From positions 1-64,000 of the forward strand of contig NW_026852831.1 of the NCBI RefSeq assembly GCF_026571515.1: DNA of 64,000 nt. Direction: 5' to 3'. Every line of letters begins with the position of its first letter. The first letter of the stretch is position 1. Position numbers and translations under genes: made by a program. Positions 1 to 53,110 of the stretch are shown in pieces. The stretch is from Ruditapes philippinarum. Lineage: Eukaryota. The notes beneath the pieces are model-generated. The model saw nothing but the letters and a program-made list of their open reading frames with translations. It had not been told where the DNA came from and made no database searches.

Positions 1-270
1 TTTCGATAGTAAATGTTACAAAAGAAATTTTAACACTATCAGTAACCATAAGCTGATTTGTCATGAACTTACAGGGTTTCAGTTAATACTTTTATTAACA
101 TGTAAACATTGTTTCATTGGGTGATTCCAAATTTCGTTACACGAAATTAAAATTGATTGGTTAAAATTACCTAAGGGAATTAAGGGTCACATGATGTACA
201 GTAAAATTGATTGGTCTATTATTGTTATGGAAGTTGTTGTTCTAAATTCCTTTCCTCTGAAGAGCCATAG

Positions 271-989
271 ATTGTATGACTCTGGATTGAAATAGTTTAA
301 AAAATAGTTTGAAAATAAATTGAGGAAAAAGGACATTTTTTGTATTTTAGGTAAGTCAAATATTTTAAGTTAATGTTAAGAGAATGTTGTACTTTGTAAT
401 TTTTGGGTGTTATAACTTATGTTCTGACTTAAATGTATATGTAATTGTTTTAACTACATGTAGAAGTTATTTAATATATTTCTTTCTTAGGTAATAACTT
501 AAAATTTGTTATTGGTAGCACTTGGCGTAATTGTTTAAACTTTTCGTTCAACTAGTCGTCTCGTTTAATTTAACCAGTTGGCATAATTTAATAAAAAAGT
601 AAACATGGCGCTTTCTGTCAGTAAAATTTATTTCCGAAAACTTTATATTGTTATTATTTGGTAAAAACTTAAGTTTTAATCTTTATTATATGTTAAAAGG
701 CAAAATAATAATAAATGGAAATAAAAACATGTAATAAACTATAAAATCATCATCTTTTGTTTAATATAATCAAGTTAAAATGGCATGTTAAATAAAAATT
801 ATTAAATTCTACTTTCACTTTGTTTAAATAATTTGTATGTGTAATATAATTCTATTATAATTTCAATCTTTAATATCTGTTTATGTTATTCTATATATGA
901 ACATATAAATTGTATAACTCTGGTTTGAAATAGTTTAAAAAATAGTTTGAAAATAAATTGAGGAAAAAGGACATCTTTTTGTATTTTAG
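271..989 (+). repeat. About 80-bp direct repeat (271-350 and 909-989), possibly inside a solo LTR
   Basis: attgtat(g/a)actctgg(a/t)ttgaaatagtttaaaaaatagtttgaaaataaattgaggaaaaaggacat...tgtattttag occurs twice with about 3 differences. Confidence 0.85.
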
Positions 990-2906
990 TTGTACAAGAA
1001 TTCCCCTAGTACCTAAGCAGAACACTATATCTAAATAAATGTTTTCTTACGTTTCAAAATGTGTGAATATGGAAATAGTTAATAAAGTTTATTTGTATTT
1101 GAAAAACGGAATTCGTTATATCTCCTAAATATGGATTTTATGTGATAAAACAGGTTTGACAAGTTGTTAAAACAAATTAACACAATGCAACTAAAGGTAA
1201 TAATTGATCTTCAACACCTATATATGTACATGGAAATTTCTCAGTGTGCGACATCTTTTCTCCTATACTTAAAAATATATCTATATAATTATATTTACTA
1301 AGTATGTAGGGAAAAGTGTAAGCGGCCATTGTGACGCTACATATCTTAAATGGGAAAAAAATCAAAACGGCTTAATAAGAAACAGTTCAGAACACCGTCC
1401 CGTTCAGAATCTGTTGCAGCCATCAGGCTAAAAGTTAATGGGAATTGTACGGAAAACTGTGCACATGTTTTGTTTCAACCCTAAAAGTATTTGCTACATT
1501 CGCTGTGTGCTCTGTTAAGCACGATTTTTGACCCAAACGATTCGCCATACTTTATAACTGGTTGGTATTTAAAATCATAAAATCACCCTGCGTTTTATTG
1601 ATCGATGGAATTCAGTCTGTGAATTGCATGCTTTGCAATAAAACAACACATGTCAGTTCTAATTAGTGTGTGCATCGGCTGCATCAAAAACAGAAAAACA
1701 ATTTGTGATACTAAGAAACTCTCATGTGGTTCATATACGTAAGGAAAATTAAGGAAATGGAATTTTATCATATGTTATTATCATTATAATATTTATTTAA
1801 TAGTTACCTGCCACGGGAGACTAGACATTTACAATAATTGTTTACAACAAACACTAAATAATTAAACAATAAAACAACAACCGTTACAACAAAACACTTA
1901 ATAAGAGGAAAGTCAATTGACTCATTTCAAGTTTAACCAATCTAAATGCAAATTTGTTTAAAATATTTAGTCGAATCATATCAGATAAATTTAACAAATA
2001 ACTTAAATGCAAAAGATATGCTGACTGTATTACTGCCGCAAAATAATTCTATACACTATTAAATTACATTTATCTTAAGGAAGCTATCAAAATAATGTTT
2101 TTATCATTTATTTATATAAAGCAATAAACTCACTTTAAGGTTTAATAACGTATGCATATTATTTATGATGTATTTCATATTTTGTAAAACAATCAAAATT
2201 GTTAAGAAACCAATTTCTAATGCACCATTTTATCTTAATATACTAAATGTATTTAAACAATAAATGACGGTCTATTCAAAGTTTTTTTTTTCAATAGACA
2301 CACTTCCATTCTTTTGTTATAGATATAAGAAATATACAACAGCGCATCCGATAACAAGAAAGACGTGGAGCAACAGTGTGTTCATTTATCGGCAATATTA
2401 GTTATGGAATTATTCAAAACTAAATTCTACAGGGGCTTAATACTATTGGAAGACAGACATTCTTGCCCGGCCATATAGTGGGTAATCTTCATCAAAAGTT
2501 AGATAGTGTGCAATAGATCAGCTTCTGATACAGAACAACTCAATAGAGAATAATACATAGCGATTGGATTTGATTCGAAATGGAGATATTACATGCTATT
2601 GTATTGGAAGCTTACACATAATCAGCTTAAAGCCTGCATTCCTAAGCATCGTGTTCTGTTAAGCTGCAAATAGTGCATAAAAGTTTTGCGGATTGAGATA
2701 TTGGACGTATTTCATTTTGTTATGTCAATTATAATATACTTTTGCATTGCGAAAGAGTAATTATATGTCTGAAACAATGCGTTACGAGTTGCTCTCTACG
2801 GAACATAAAAGAAATATCTCACTACATAACAAACTCAGAAAATATTCTACTGAAAACAAATCAGCTTCAAAGTGTAAATGGGTTAAATAGATTCTATGTT
2901 TTTGAC

Positions 2907-43799
<40,893 letters not shown>

Positions 43800-45016
43800 G
43801 AATCTTTGGCATCATTTGTATCTTGCCAATATGTTTGAACATTAACAACATTTAACAACTTTGACATACGCTTGAATCTGTTGATCAGAATCGAGCTAGA
43901 GTGTATATAATTATGTTATAACGTTTTGACATTAAGCATTATGTATAATGTAAAAGAGCTGCCATGTCATACAGTTGTTTATGTCATTCAAATGTTATGA
44001 TCATTCTTCCATAGCTATAGCTATGTATACTGACAAGGTAAAACAGGGTTTTTTAATACTCGACATGATAGTTAGGTAAAAACTTCGTATCTATAATAAT
44101 TCAACTTATTAAGAATAATTCAAAAAAAGCAGAACAAAAAATATTTTAAATTTCTAAAATACTTTTGTATAATAATACTTACTTTTATATTTGGTCACAT
44201 TTAAGTTCACACCAAGAAATCAATAATACGCTTCACAAATATCGGTAACTCAATTACACCAGATTATATGTTATAATGACATAAAAACTGGTATAAAATA
44301 TAAAAATAATAATGATGATATTATTATAACAATAGGTTTTGGTCATACACTTTGCATGATAATTTTAGAGTAAAATATAACCAAAACGTATTCATATTCT
44401 GTGTCTGGGATTTCAAATGTAACATGCGGTATTGACGTAGTTATAAATATTTTTATGCAACAAATGTCTGGGATGTTTTTTGGTACGTAGCATTAGAACA
44501 GCGCAACTATTGAAAAGACACTAATACTCCACAATGTGTGGGCATCTTTGCATTTAACAAATATATATTTAGTACTTATTTACCATCATTTTATCATTTT
44601 TACCCAGGCTTTCATTAAAACGATCATTGGATATTTTGAACAATATTTTGTTTTCAAGTTTTCGAACTGATGCTGACTATTTAAATGGTTGGAAATACAA
44701 TTATGTGTTTTGCTTTGAATGTGTAATCTCTTTGAATCTCTATCTTTCAATGCCTAGACAATTGTTGAAATATGAAAACCAAGCCGGCTTGCGTTACGGA
44801 TCTCTCGGTGATTTGTATATTAAACATTCCATTATCAATAAACTATTTTTGTTGTTACTGGTTTGTCAGATTGTAAATAATACATGTAAAAAGCAACGTG
44901 ATTGATGATAAGTTCTGGTAACAGTAACTTTATATTGCACTATTTTTAAAAAGTAGCAAACGTTATATACGTTAAAAAGCACCATTAGCGAAATAAGTGC
45001 ATGCTGACATACACAT

Positions 45017-45460
45017 TTAAGCTCACCTGAGCACAGTGTGTTCAAAGTAAGCTATTGTGATATTGTGATACCCTTGTGTCAGTCGTCCGGCGTCTGTCGT
45101 CCGACTTTAACATTTTTACTTAAACATCCCCTTGAACCCCTACACTAATAGTGATGAGTCAATAATTGGTTTGATTCTGATGAAACTATACATAAATGAC
45201 CGTTAGATGGACCTTTATAAATATTCAAACGGTTCCGGTCTGCTGATCAAGAATTTCACAAGAGCTTGAAAAATGTGTGATATTACAATACCAAGAGCTT
45301 AGATATCTGTCGTGAATCATTAAGTAGCAAACGCCTACAAATAGCTTAAAAAGTATGATGCTTGGGTAAAAAAAGAAAAATAACCTCGTTACTGAATCCA
45401 TTACCTTTTCTTGCAGTGTTTGTCAGGTGAGCGGTCTAGGACAAACGTTGCCCTCTTGTT
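45017..45460 (+). mobile_element. Non-autonomous Helentron-like (HINE / pearl-type) element
   Basis: Subterminal inverted repeat gctcacctga (45021-45030) / tcaggtgagc (45423-45432), degenerate GTC/GTCC microsatellite near 45080, and an imperfect 3' hairpin ending ccctcttgtt. Confidence 0.75.
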
Positions 45461-46778
45461 TTGAATAATATTTCATTGTTATAATGGCAAATAAATTATT
45501 TACTGTTGATACGATATATCATAATTCGTTTACATTCGACCAAAGCCGTCATAAATATTTATTACGGGATTTCATTGTCCGTAGCTAATTTTGCGTTGTA
45601 TTATTCTGTATGAGAGAAAGGAAAAACAAGCCATGTGTGTGTATCATAATTCATATAATATTTTATTATAAGGTACGTTTATGTGTCTCCTTTTTAGTTC
45701 ATATATATAACAAAATATTTATAAGAATTAAACAATCTTTTTATAAATTCATATAATTATTACGTCATACTTAAAGATGACAAAAGCAGTATTACTATGG
45801 TTATATGTTTTACAAATATAAAATTTTAAATAAAATGTTTATAAGAAAAAAGAGGTAATGTGATTTAATATGCATACTGGTCGATTAACTTATTGACTGC
45901 TGTATATTTTTTCTTTCAATGTGCGTCCAAATTTGTATAATTTTCGCTTGTAATAATTGTAACGTTAAATTGCCACATCTGTAATTGCTTAAGAAATATG
46001 GTGCATGCTCAAAATCATAGCTAAACGTTGTAAAGTAGCACGATTTGTGTTGTCCATGCGTGTGCGCAATAAAGTAAGAAAAATACTTTATTGTAAGTAC
46101 CTTTTGATATGTACTTTAACCAACTTTAATTTTCAAAACAAAACGGCCGAATAGTGTTTTACGTTTTGTAGCACACTACCTCATTTTTAAATTTATTTCC
46201 TATTAATTTGTGGTACCACTTTTGTCCCTTTTCTTCATTTAAATTACAATCGTTCATAATTATATTCAAGGATTTCTTACTGAGTGTGTTTCCTAGAACG
46301 ATAAAATTGCTGATTTAAGATATGATATAAAGTTGAGATGAAAAAATGATCTGTGATAGTGTTTTTTTATGTTGTACATATTTAATATTGTCGGGACGAT
46401 ATGAAATGTGTTCATTGTTAAATTTGTAAAAACGAATGAAATTATACAGATGTTTTGATATCTACTAAGTATGTGCCATGTGGAAAAGAAGAAATGTATA
46501 TTCAGAATCGGTGAGATATGTATATAATTATAAAATGATGTATTTGTTTTATTTGAAGGACTATTGTTATGAGTAACGTAATCGTTATATGGTGGTTAAC
46601 AATCTTTCATTTTTAAAAAACAAATAATACTTCATGCTTCAAGATCAACATCATAAAGTTGCATTGTTGAAAAACGTTCAATACATATAATGGTAGTGTA
46701 GATATTTATTGATAGTTATTTGTGCTTATGTGTACAAAACAATTAAATGTATAAATTGTGTATTATATAGTAAAAGGA

Positions 46779-46816
46779 AATAAAAATAAATGCATCTATA
46801 TTACATTGTTGTTTTT
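46779..46816 (+). terminator. Candidate polyadenylation signal of the ALK-like gene
   Basis: Tandem AATAAA AATAAA followed about 15-20 nt later by a GT/T-rich tract (ttgttgttttt). Other AATAAA hexamers occur earlier in this AT-rich 3' region, so the site is uncertain. Confidence 0.35.
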
Positions 46817-49800
46817 GACTCCATTTGCCTCTTTGCATGCTCACTTGAACCAAAGAGAAGCTTCTTTCGCCGAACCTTCAATTGTGTTTATAGTCTTTAA
46901 GTGTGCATAGTTTATAGTTTATTAAGTATAAAATTGACAACATTGGATACTTTAAAGGTCGCGTGTCATAGTAATTATGGAAATTTTGCAAGATCTGGGT
47001 GATAAAGCATATGTTTATGACACGCAGTGTTTAATGTCAATATCTACTTGAATTAAATGTGATGTTTAATATAGAATTTAGCAATATCAAAAGAAGGATG
47101 CTGCACATCTTACACTTTTAAACAAGGTTTAGAATGATTACAATTATAGTAACTGGATATCAAAGAATATACTTAATATCCTCTTTTATCAACATAATTA
47201 GATATTACCCATTCACATTGTTTAGATTTGTGTACACACTTAAATCCATGGTAATGAGTAGTAAACATTACAATGAGAGTCATAACATATGACTTTAGTA
47301 TACTTTCATCGTTACTGCTCACGAAAACATTATAAACAGTAAACAGTTATCTATTAGGTCTGTCCACACATGTGCCATCTTAAGTAGTTTTTTTAAATAA
47401 CCTTTAAATGTAAAACCACGTCTTTATATGTGTATAATGCAATAAACTAACATATGTCAGTGATGTTTCATGTAACAGTCTGACAATAAACCGCTTTGAT
47501 ATTGAATACAACACACAATAAAAATGAATGTTTCAAACACAAAGCTTTTTTAATGCAAAACGTTACTGACCTGTGCAAGGTCATGTCCGTAGATAAGTAT
47601 AACAATTGTTTTGTGTATTTTATTATCATTCTAGTGCAAGGAATAGGTGCAATAACATCACACATACTCAAATAAACATACACAACTGTTAAATTCATTA
47701 GCCTGTATGTTTTGAATGCATTTAAAATTACCGTTACAGCAGAGGATATACTTTTTGAATTACATTTAAACGACAATTAAATATGTTTTTTAACTAACCG
47801 ATATCAGTGAAAAGTTTGTTTGTTTGTTTAGTTTTACGCCTCACCAACATAGATTATTTTAATAATTCATCAGTGAGCACATCGGCTAAGTAGTTTGGGC
47901 TAAATTGTGAATATACTGTGCATACATTTTTCTACCAATAATTTGTAACGTATTATAATTATTTTATTAAGCTATCAAAAACTATTCATTCTCCCGCTCA
48001 TCTAACATTGGTCTAAGTAGAGAAAGCATACTAGGATATGAAATACAGAATTCAGAGGTTCGATTTTCGAATGAGGCGAAATTTCTCAGTGACAGTCATT
48101 TTCCGACATTAAGATAAATGGTCAAATCTATCTCTGCAGTTACAGGAAATATGCAGTAAAGCGGCATGTTTGACCTACCACCGTGACATGACCAAAACTG
48201 TGTTTAAACCTACAAACAGATCACCAATACATGAACAAAAAGTGTGTTTTTTTTTAATTTCGTCAATAAGGATAGGTCAAAAAAGCAACCAGCTCACAAT
48301 CAAGACACACAATCAAGCTACAAACCAAGTGAACAATGTTAATTAAAGTTAAACACTGCTCTTGATGATCTATTTCTCATAGACATGTATTTATAACAAT
48401 TAATAATGATTAATTGATAATCAATAAGATTGAAACATTACTTATGAACAGATATACGCAACTATCATACACTACATCAATTTGGTAAACACACAATTAT
48501 GCTTCAAAATAATTGCCGCATTTTATATTATATTTTTCAAATTTCAAAAACAAGAAAAACAGGCTTGGGTACAATTTAAATTCACGGGGATTCTGATCGT
48601 TGACTATTCTGTGGTGAAATACAAAAACGTGTAATCTTGTAAAAAACTGTTCGCAAAATGCCCAATTTGGAGTGTAATATACTTGTTTCTTTTTTCTTTC
48701 TTATGTTTTGAGTATTTGAATCTTCTGCCTGGCATATGGTACACAATTATTTTAACGCCTTGCAGGTCAATGTAAGTGGTCAATTATTCGGCCATCCAAC
48801 TACAGACAGATTAAAAAGATTTTTATCTATTTGTAAAATATTTTTCATCATTTTTTTATAATATAGAGGGTATTTAATTGACTGTTTTTTTAACTCTAAT
48901 TATTGAACGAGTTGTATACAATTATACAAATTCCAAAATAGTCATAATTACTATTTCGTTCATCAAAGATGTTTCTACATATTATCTTATCCGCACAGTA
49001 TCTGTCAGAAATATTTTTCTGAAGAGGAAATATCAAAATCGACTGAAATATCATTTTTGAAGCTGTATGTAATTGTATCTTAAAATGTCACTTTTGTTAA
49101 TGGGTCGTATGGAGATGAATATGTCTAAATGTCAGAAAAATAAGGAAATATACAAGACACATATGACGTTACGGAAACCGTACATGTATCTATACATTCA
49201 ATTTTATATTTTATAATTGAGTGTTCGGTTGATATCACCAGTACAATTTCCTGTAAGATCTTCAAAGAAAATGAAGAAAAGTAATGGTGATGTTTAAAAC
49301 AATACATGGATTATTTCAGGATCACTACTCGACCCTATTCTGTCCAGATCTGATACCATACCCCCCCCCGTAGAAAAACAGAAAAAAAAACATATACACA
49401 TACACACACTGGCACACACAAACAAAAATGTAAATATTTTAGTGTTACTTCATTCAGCCATTTACGTAAAGTATGCACCAAAAAAAAAAAAGAGAACAGT
49501 TTTATGTGTGTCTTGATCTGATCGTCTTTGCAAAAAAGCAAAATAAACTGATACAGTAGCATTGTACATTCTGTAATATTTAGCGGCATCAAAAATATTG
49601 TTCTCTCTTATTTTCTAGCACTATTGATTTCATAATATAAGATTTAGACAGCATTGGTTAACTTACCATCACAGAATTGAATCAAAAAGTATATCACAAC
49701 ATTTAGTAACCTTACTCATGATTCTTCTTTCCAATGTTTTTAACAGGGATCCGGTGACCGGAACTGCAAATCAAAGTATACATATCGCTTGAATACATAT

Positions 49801-50340
49801 ATTGTAACGATTCGATTAGTTCTGTTATTAATCTGCTTGTTAAAGAGTTAACACATAGATTCTACAATGCTTCAACACTAATATACATTTGCATACGTGC
49901 AATTGTTTTTTGCGTGAAGTTTTAAAACTTTAATCATGTATTAACATTACAATTCAACGATAAATCACGGATATAGATTCATTTATGACTTACTGACAAA
50001 ATAAATGACAAAGTTGCTGTCGTCTTATCCGCACAATCGATACGAACGGCATTAAATTTGGATGACATGACTATACTTATATATAAATAAGCGACATTTC
50101 ATAAAAATATAAATAGCTCTTAATAGCTATAAAATGTGTCGAGAAAACTTAAAAACACCAAAGTTGTATATTGTAATTATCTGTAAGCTGATAATATCAG
50201 TAACAATAATTGATTTTGCGCGTTTTACACAATGGATTACAATATGAATAATAACGTTTCATATAAAACATGAAAGGAAAGATTAACAAGGGAAAGCGAC
50301 TACCATTGAACTCAGTAACATTTATTTATTTTTATTGTGT

Positions 50341-50472
50341 TTTGTTTGTTTGGTTTTGCGGCGCATCAATATAATTTATTTAGGTCATATGACGCCGAAC
50401 AGGAAAGATAATTTTGTCTAACCTCAGATGTTACTAACTAAACGTAGCATCAGGTGTCAAAACCACATCACT
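50341..50472 (-). mobile_element. 3' fragment of the same SINE/LINE family as 17474-17602
   Basis: The reverse complement gtgatgtggttttgacacctgatgct...gcgtcatatgacct...tgatgcgccgcaaaaccaaacaaacaaa aligns with 17474-17602. Confidence 0.65.
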
Positions 50473-51671
50473 GGCCGGAGAGACTCAAGTAATTCAAATA
50501 TATTTAGATCATGCAGGGTTATATGATGGCTGCAATTTTGATGCATCATCCCGTAAAAGCAACCCTCTAGCCACAAGGAGATATTTATTCATACACGTCC
50601 ATATTCTGATATCTACCTTTAAAAAAGAAATAGTTTGAAAATGTCAAAACAAAAAAACGTAAACAGCCATATCTTGATGAAGATGTCTTTGTAACAAACC
50701 GAGCTACCTCATTCATTATAGATGTAGTATAATAACATTGAAACGTGCCATGAATGTTAAAGGAATATTGATGTTAATATACAGATTACTTCTTTTCTTG
50801 ATTAAGTTATCGCATAAAACATAAGCAAATAAGTTATTATGCTAAATGCAGATTAAATTCTCAAAGTAATGTATAATCTTTTCATTTCCTAAAAGCTTTC
50901 CTTTCGGATCTAATACCTTCCGTTTGTTAATGATGAGTTAAGACCAAGCCACTTAGTACTACAATCCGTCCCTGTAAACTTGTACTTGAAGTATAGAATT
51001 ATGTAATAGAATGTCTACCATCCCAATGTATTTTCTTTCATTCTAATCATCGACAACTGATTTCTGACCATTATAATGAGCATTTTCAAACACTGAAAAT
51101 TCGTTTAAATGACTCTTCAATGATTTACAAAATATATTTAAGACAACGACATATTTAAAATACAATAATACGTAAACATTATGTATACTTAGCATAGTAT
51201 TGGTGTGGGCGGCACTAGAAAGTGCAAACTACCTCCATTCCCATTAGCCTCGGCTTCAGCAGTATTCAACATTAAATTGGAAATGGTAGAATTTGGAAAA
51301 TTAAAATATCCATAGATGTGTTCATTGGTAAGCAAAGGACCTTCAATGGGACACGGCAATGCCATTTGATGAAAATATGTGTATTTTCTTCAAGCAAAGA
51401 ATGTGTGTGAAAGAATGGGCGGAATTAAAAAGACATAATTAAGATATAATTTTTAGAGAGATTCAGATGTTACAAAATGTTATAGTGCAATCAGTGTATT
51501 GTTATGTTTTACGTAACAGAACTATTTATTCATTATAATGTCTTAACATCAGAATTTTTCTAATTCTTACTTTACTAAAGAGTGAATCATAATTTATGCC
51601 TAGATGTTTAATCTGCAATCAATAGCCAAAGTAAGACAAGCGTGGGAATCAAGACTAGCTCTACTCTCACG

Positions 51672-51782
51672 GTTAAGAATGATAATGTCTGTCATATTTT
51701 GTGGTTCGGATCGGAAAATTTGGACCCGAGGGACGGATATTCCGATCCTAACCGCAAACACATGTCAGATATTTTTGCTTAC
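51672..51782. mobile_element. Short inverted-repeat (MITE) relic
   Basis: tctgtcatattttgtggttcggatcggaaaat and atattccgatcctaaccgcaaacacatgtcaga are imperfect reverse complements. Confidence 0.55.
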
Positions 51783-52089
51783 ATATTTTACCACATTTAT
51801 CATATTTTAAATTCTTTATCTCAATAACACAAACTCCCATATATTTTCTTACAATAGCGTAGGAATTCATAACGGTGAACTGGTGTCATTCTAAGCATTC
51901 AGTTTCATTCTTATTTGATAATGTGATAATAGTTAAATTGTCTTGCTATTCATTAAGATAAATATATATATACACATTACAATATACATTATAGACAATT
52001 CATCACAGATTTATCTATCACATTATTTGTGACACAGTAATTAAATTTAAAAATATTAACTTTACATTTATAATTAAATGAAAGATCTA

Positions 52090-53110
52090 GTTGACTTCAA
52101 GACAATATATACAACACAGGATAACCCATGAAATTTCAACATTAAATAGAGAACTTATTTTCAATTGGGTCCTTTGATGGAACAAATATATTTTCTTGAG
52201 AACTTACATTCAAGTCCATGCTTAAAGATGATATACTGGACTTATGTTATATTTTTAAGATTAGATAATATCAATTCCTATTGCACATTATATTAACTAC
52301 ATTTATAACATATTACAGAAATAATTCTATGTATATGACTAGTTATCACACCAATGAAACATATCTATTTATATATATCACAAAACCAATCACAAGATAC
52401 ATTTATATAAAACATAGTATATTGATGAAAACGAAAAATAAAATCAGCTTTGTTATCACTTAGTTGTGCTTTGACTTTCTTTTTTAAGTAAGAAAAATCT
52501 TTTTTAATATCAAGTGAGAGCATATTCCAATCCCTTATACCTTGGTAAAAATGTCCTTTTTGTGTATGAAAGTTTCCTACACTGTTTCTACTATTACATT
52601 GTATTATAGTAATGAACATCACACTTTAAAGAAATGTTATCATACGTATAAGATGGACATTTTGTATCAAATATTTTAATATGTACATGACTGTGTCTAA
52701 ATTGCATGACTCTATTTTCTATATCAAGCCACCCAATACTACTAAAATCAATAACTTTCAATAATTTTAAAGAGGAATAACCATGACTATAACGAACAAC
52801 TTTGTTTTGTGCTACTTGAAGTTTATGATTAAGTTTCGTAAGACCACTATACAAAGATGAGCTGTCATAGTCAAAATGACACTGTATTAAAGAGTTATAT
52901 AAAAGTTTTCTTAGCTCCATATTCAAACTGTTGCCTTGACTATACAAAAATTTCAATCGAGAGTTTACTTTTTGTACTATATTATCAACAATAGAAGTGG
53001 CTAAGAGATCATAATCCAAAATTGAACCGAGATACTTTACTGATGGCTGAGATTGTATGGTGCGATTGTTACAGTGTTTTTTAAACTGCTCAAGTTTTGA
53101 CAATTTCCTC
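52090..53110 (-). mobile_element. 5'-truncated, frameshifted CR1/L2-group (Crack-like) LINE
   Basis: ORF 52594-53103 contains VKYLGSILD...KVNSRLKFLY...RKLLYNSLIQCHFDY...KLQVAQNKVVR...IGWLDIENR...CPSY (RT thumb and C-terminal region). It continues after a frameshift (FYQGIRDWNML...IK), followed by a 3'-UTR-like ggacccaattgaaaataag...tgggttatcc. Confidence 0.88.

Noticed and set aside
2742-2906. N-terminal extension of the supplied ORF 2742-3122
   Set aside because: It starts at TTG under a bacterial-style rule. The first in-frame ATG, at 2907, directly precedes a signal peptide.
51170-51335. Signal-peptide-like stretch (LCILSIVLVWAALESA) as exon 1 of the downstream copy
   Set aside because: No in-frame ATG (TAA just upstream), a stop follows shortly, and there is no similarity to exon 1.
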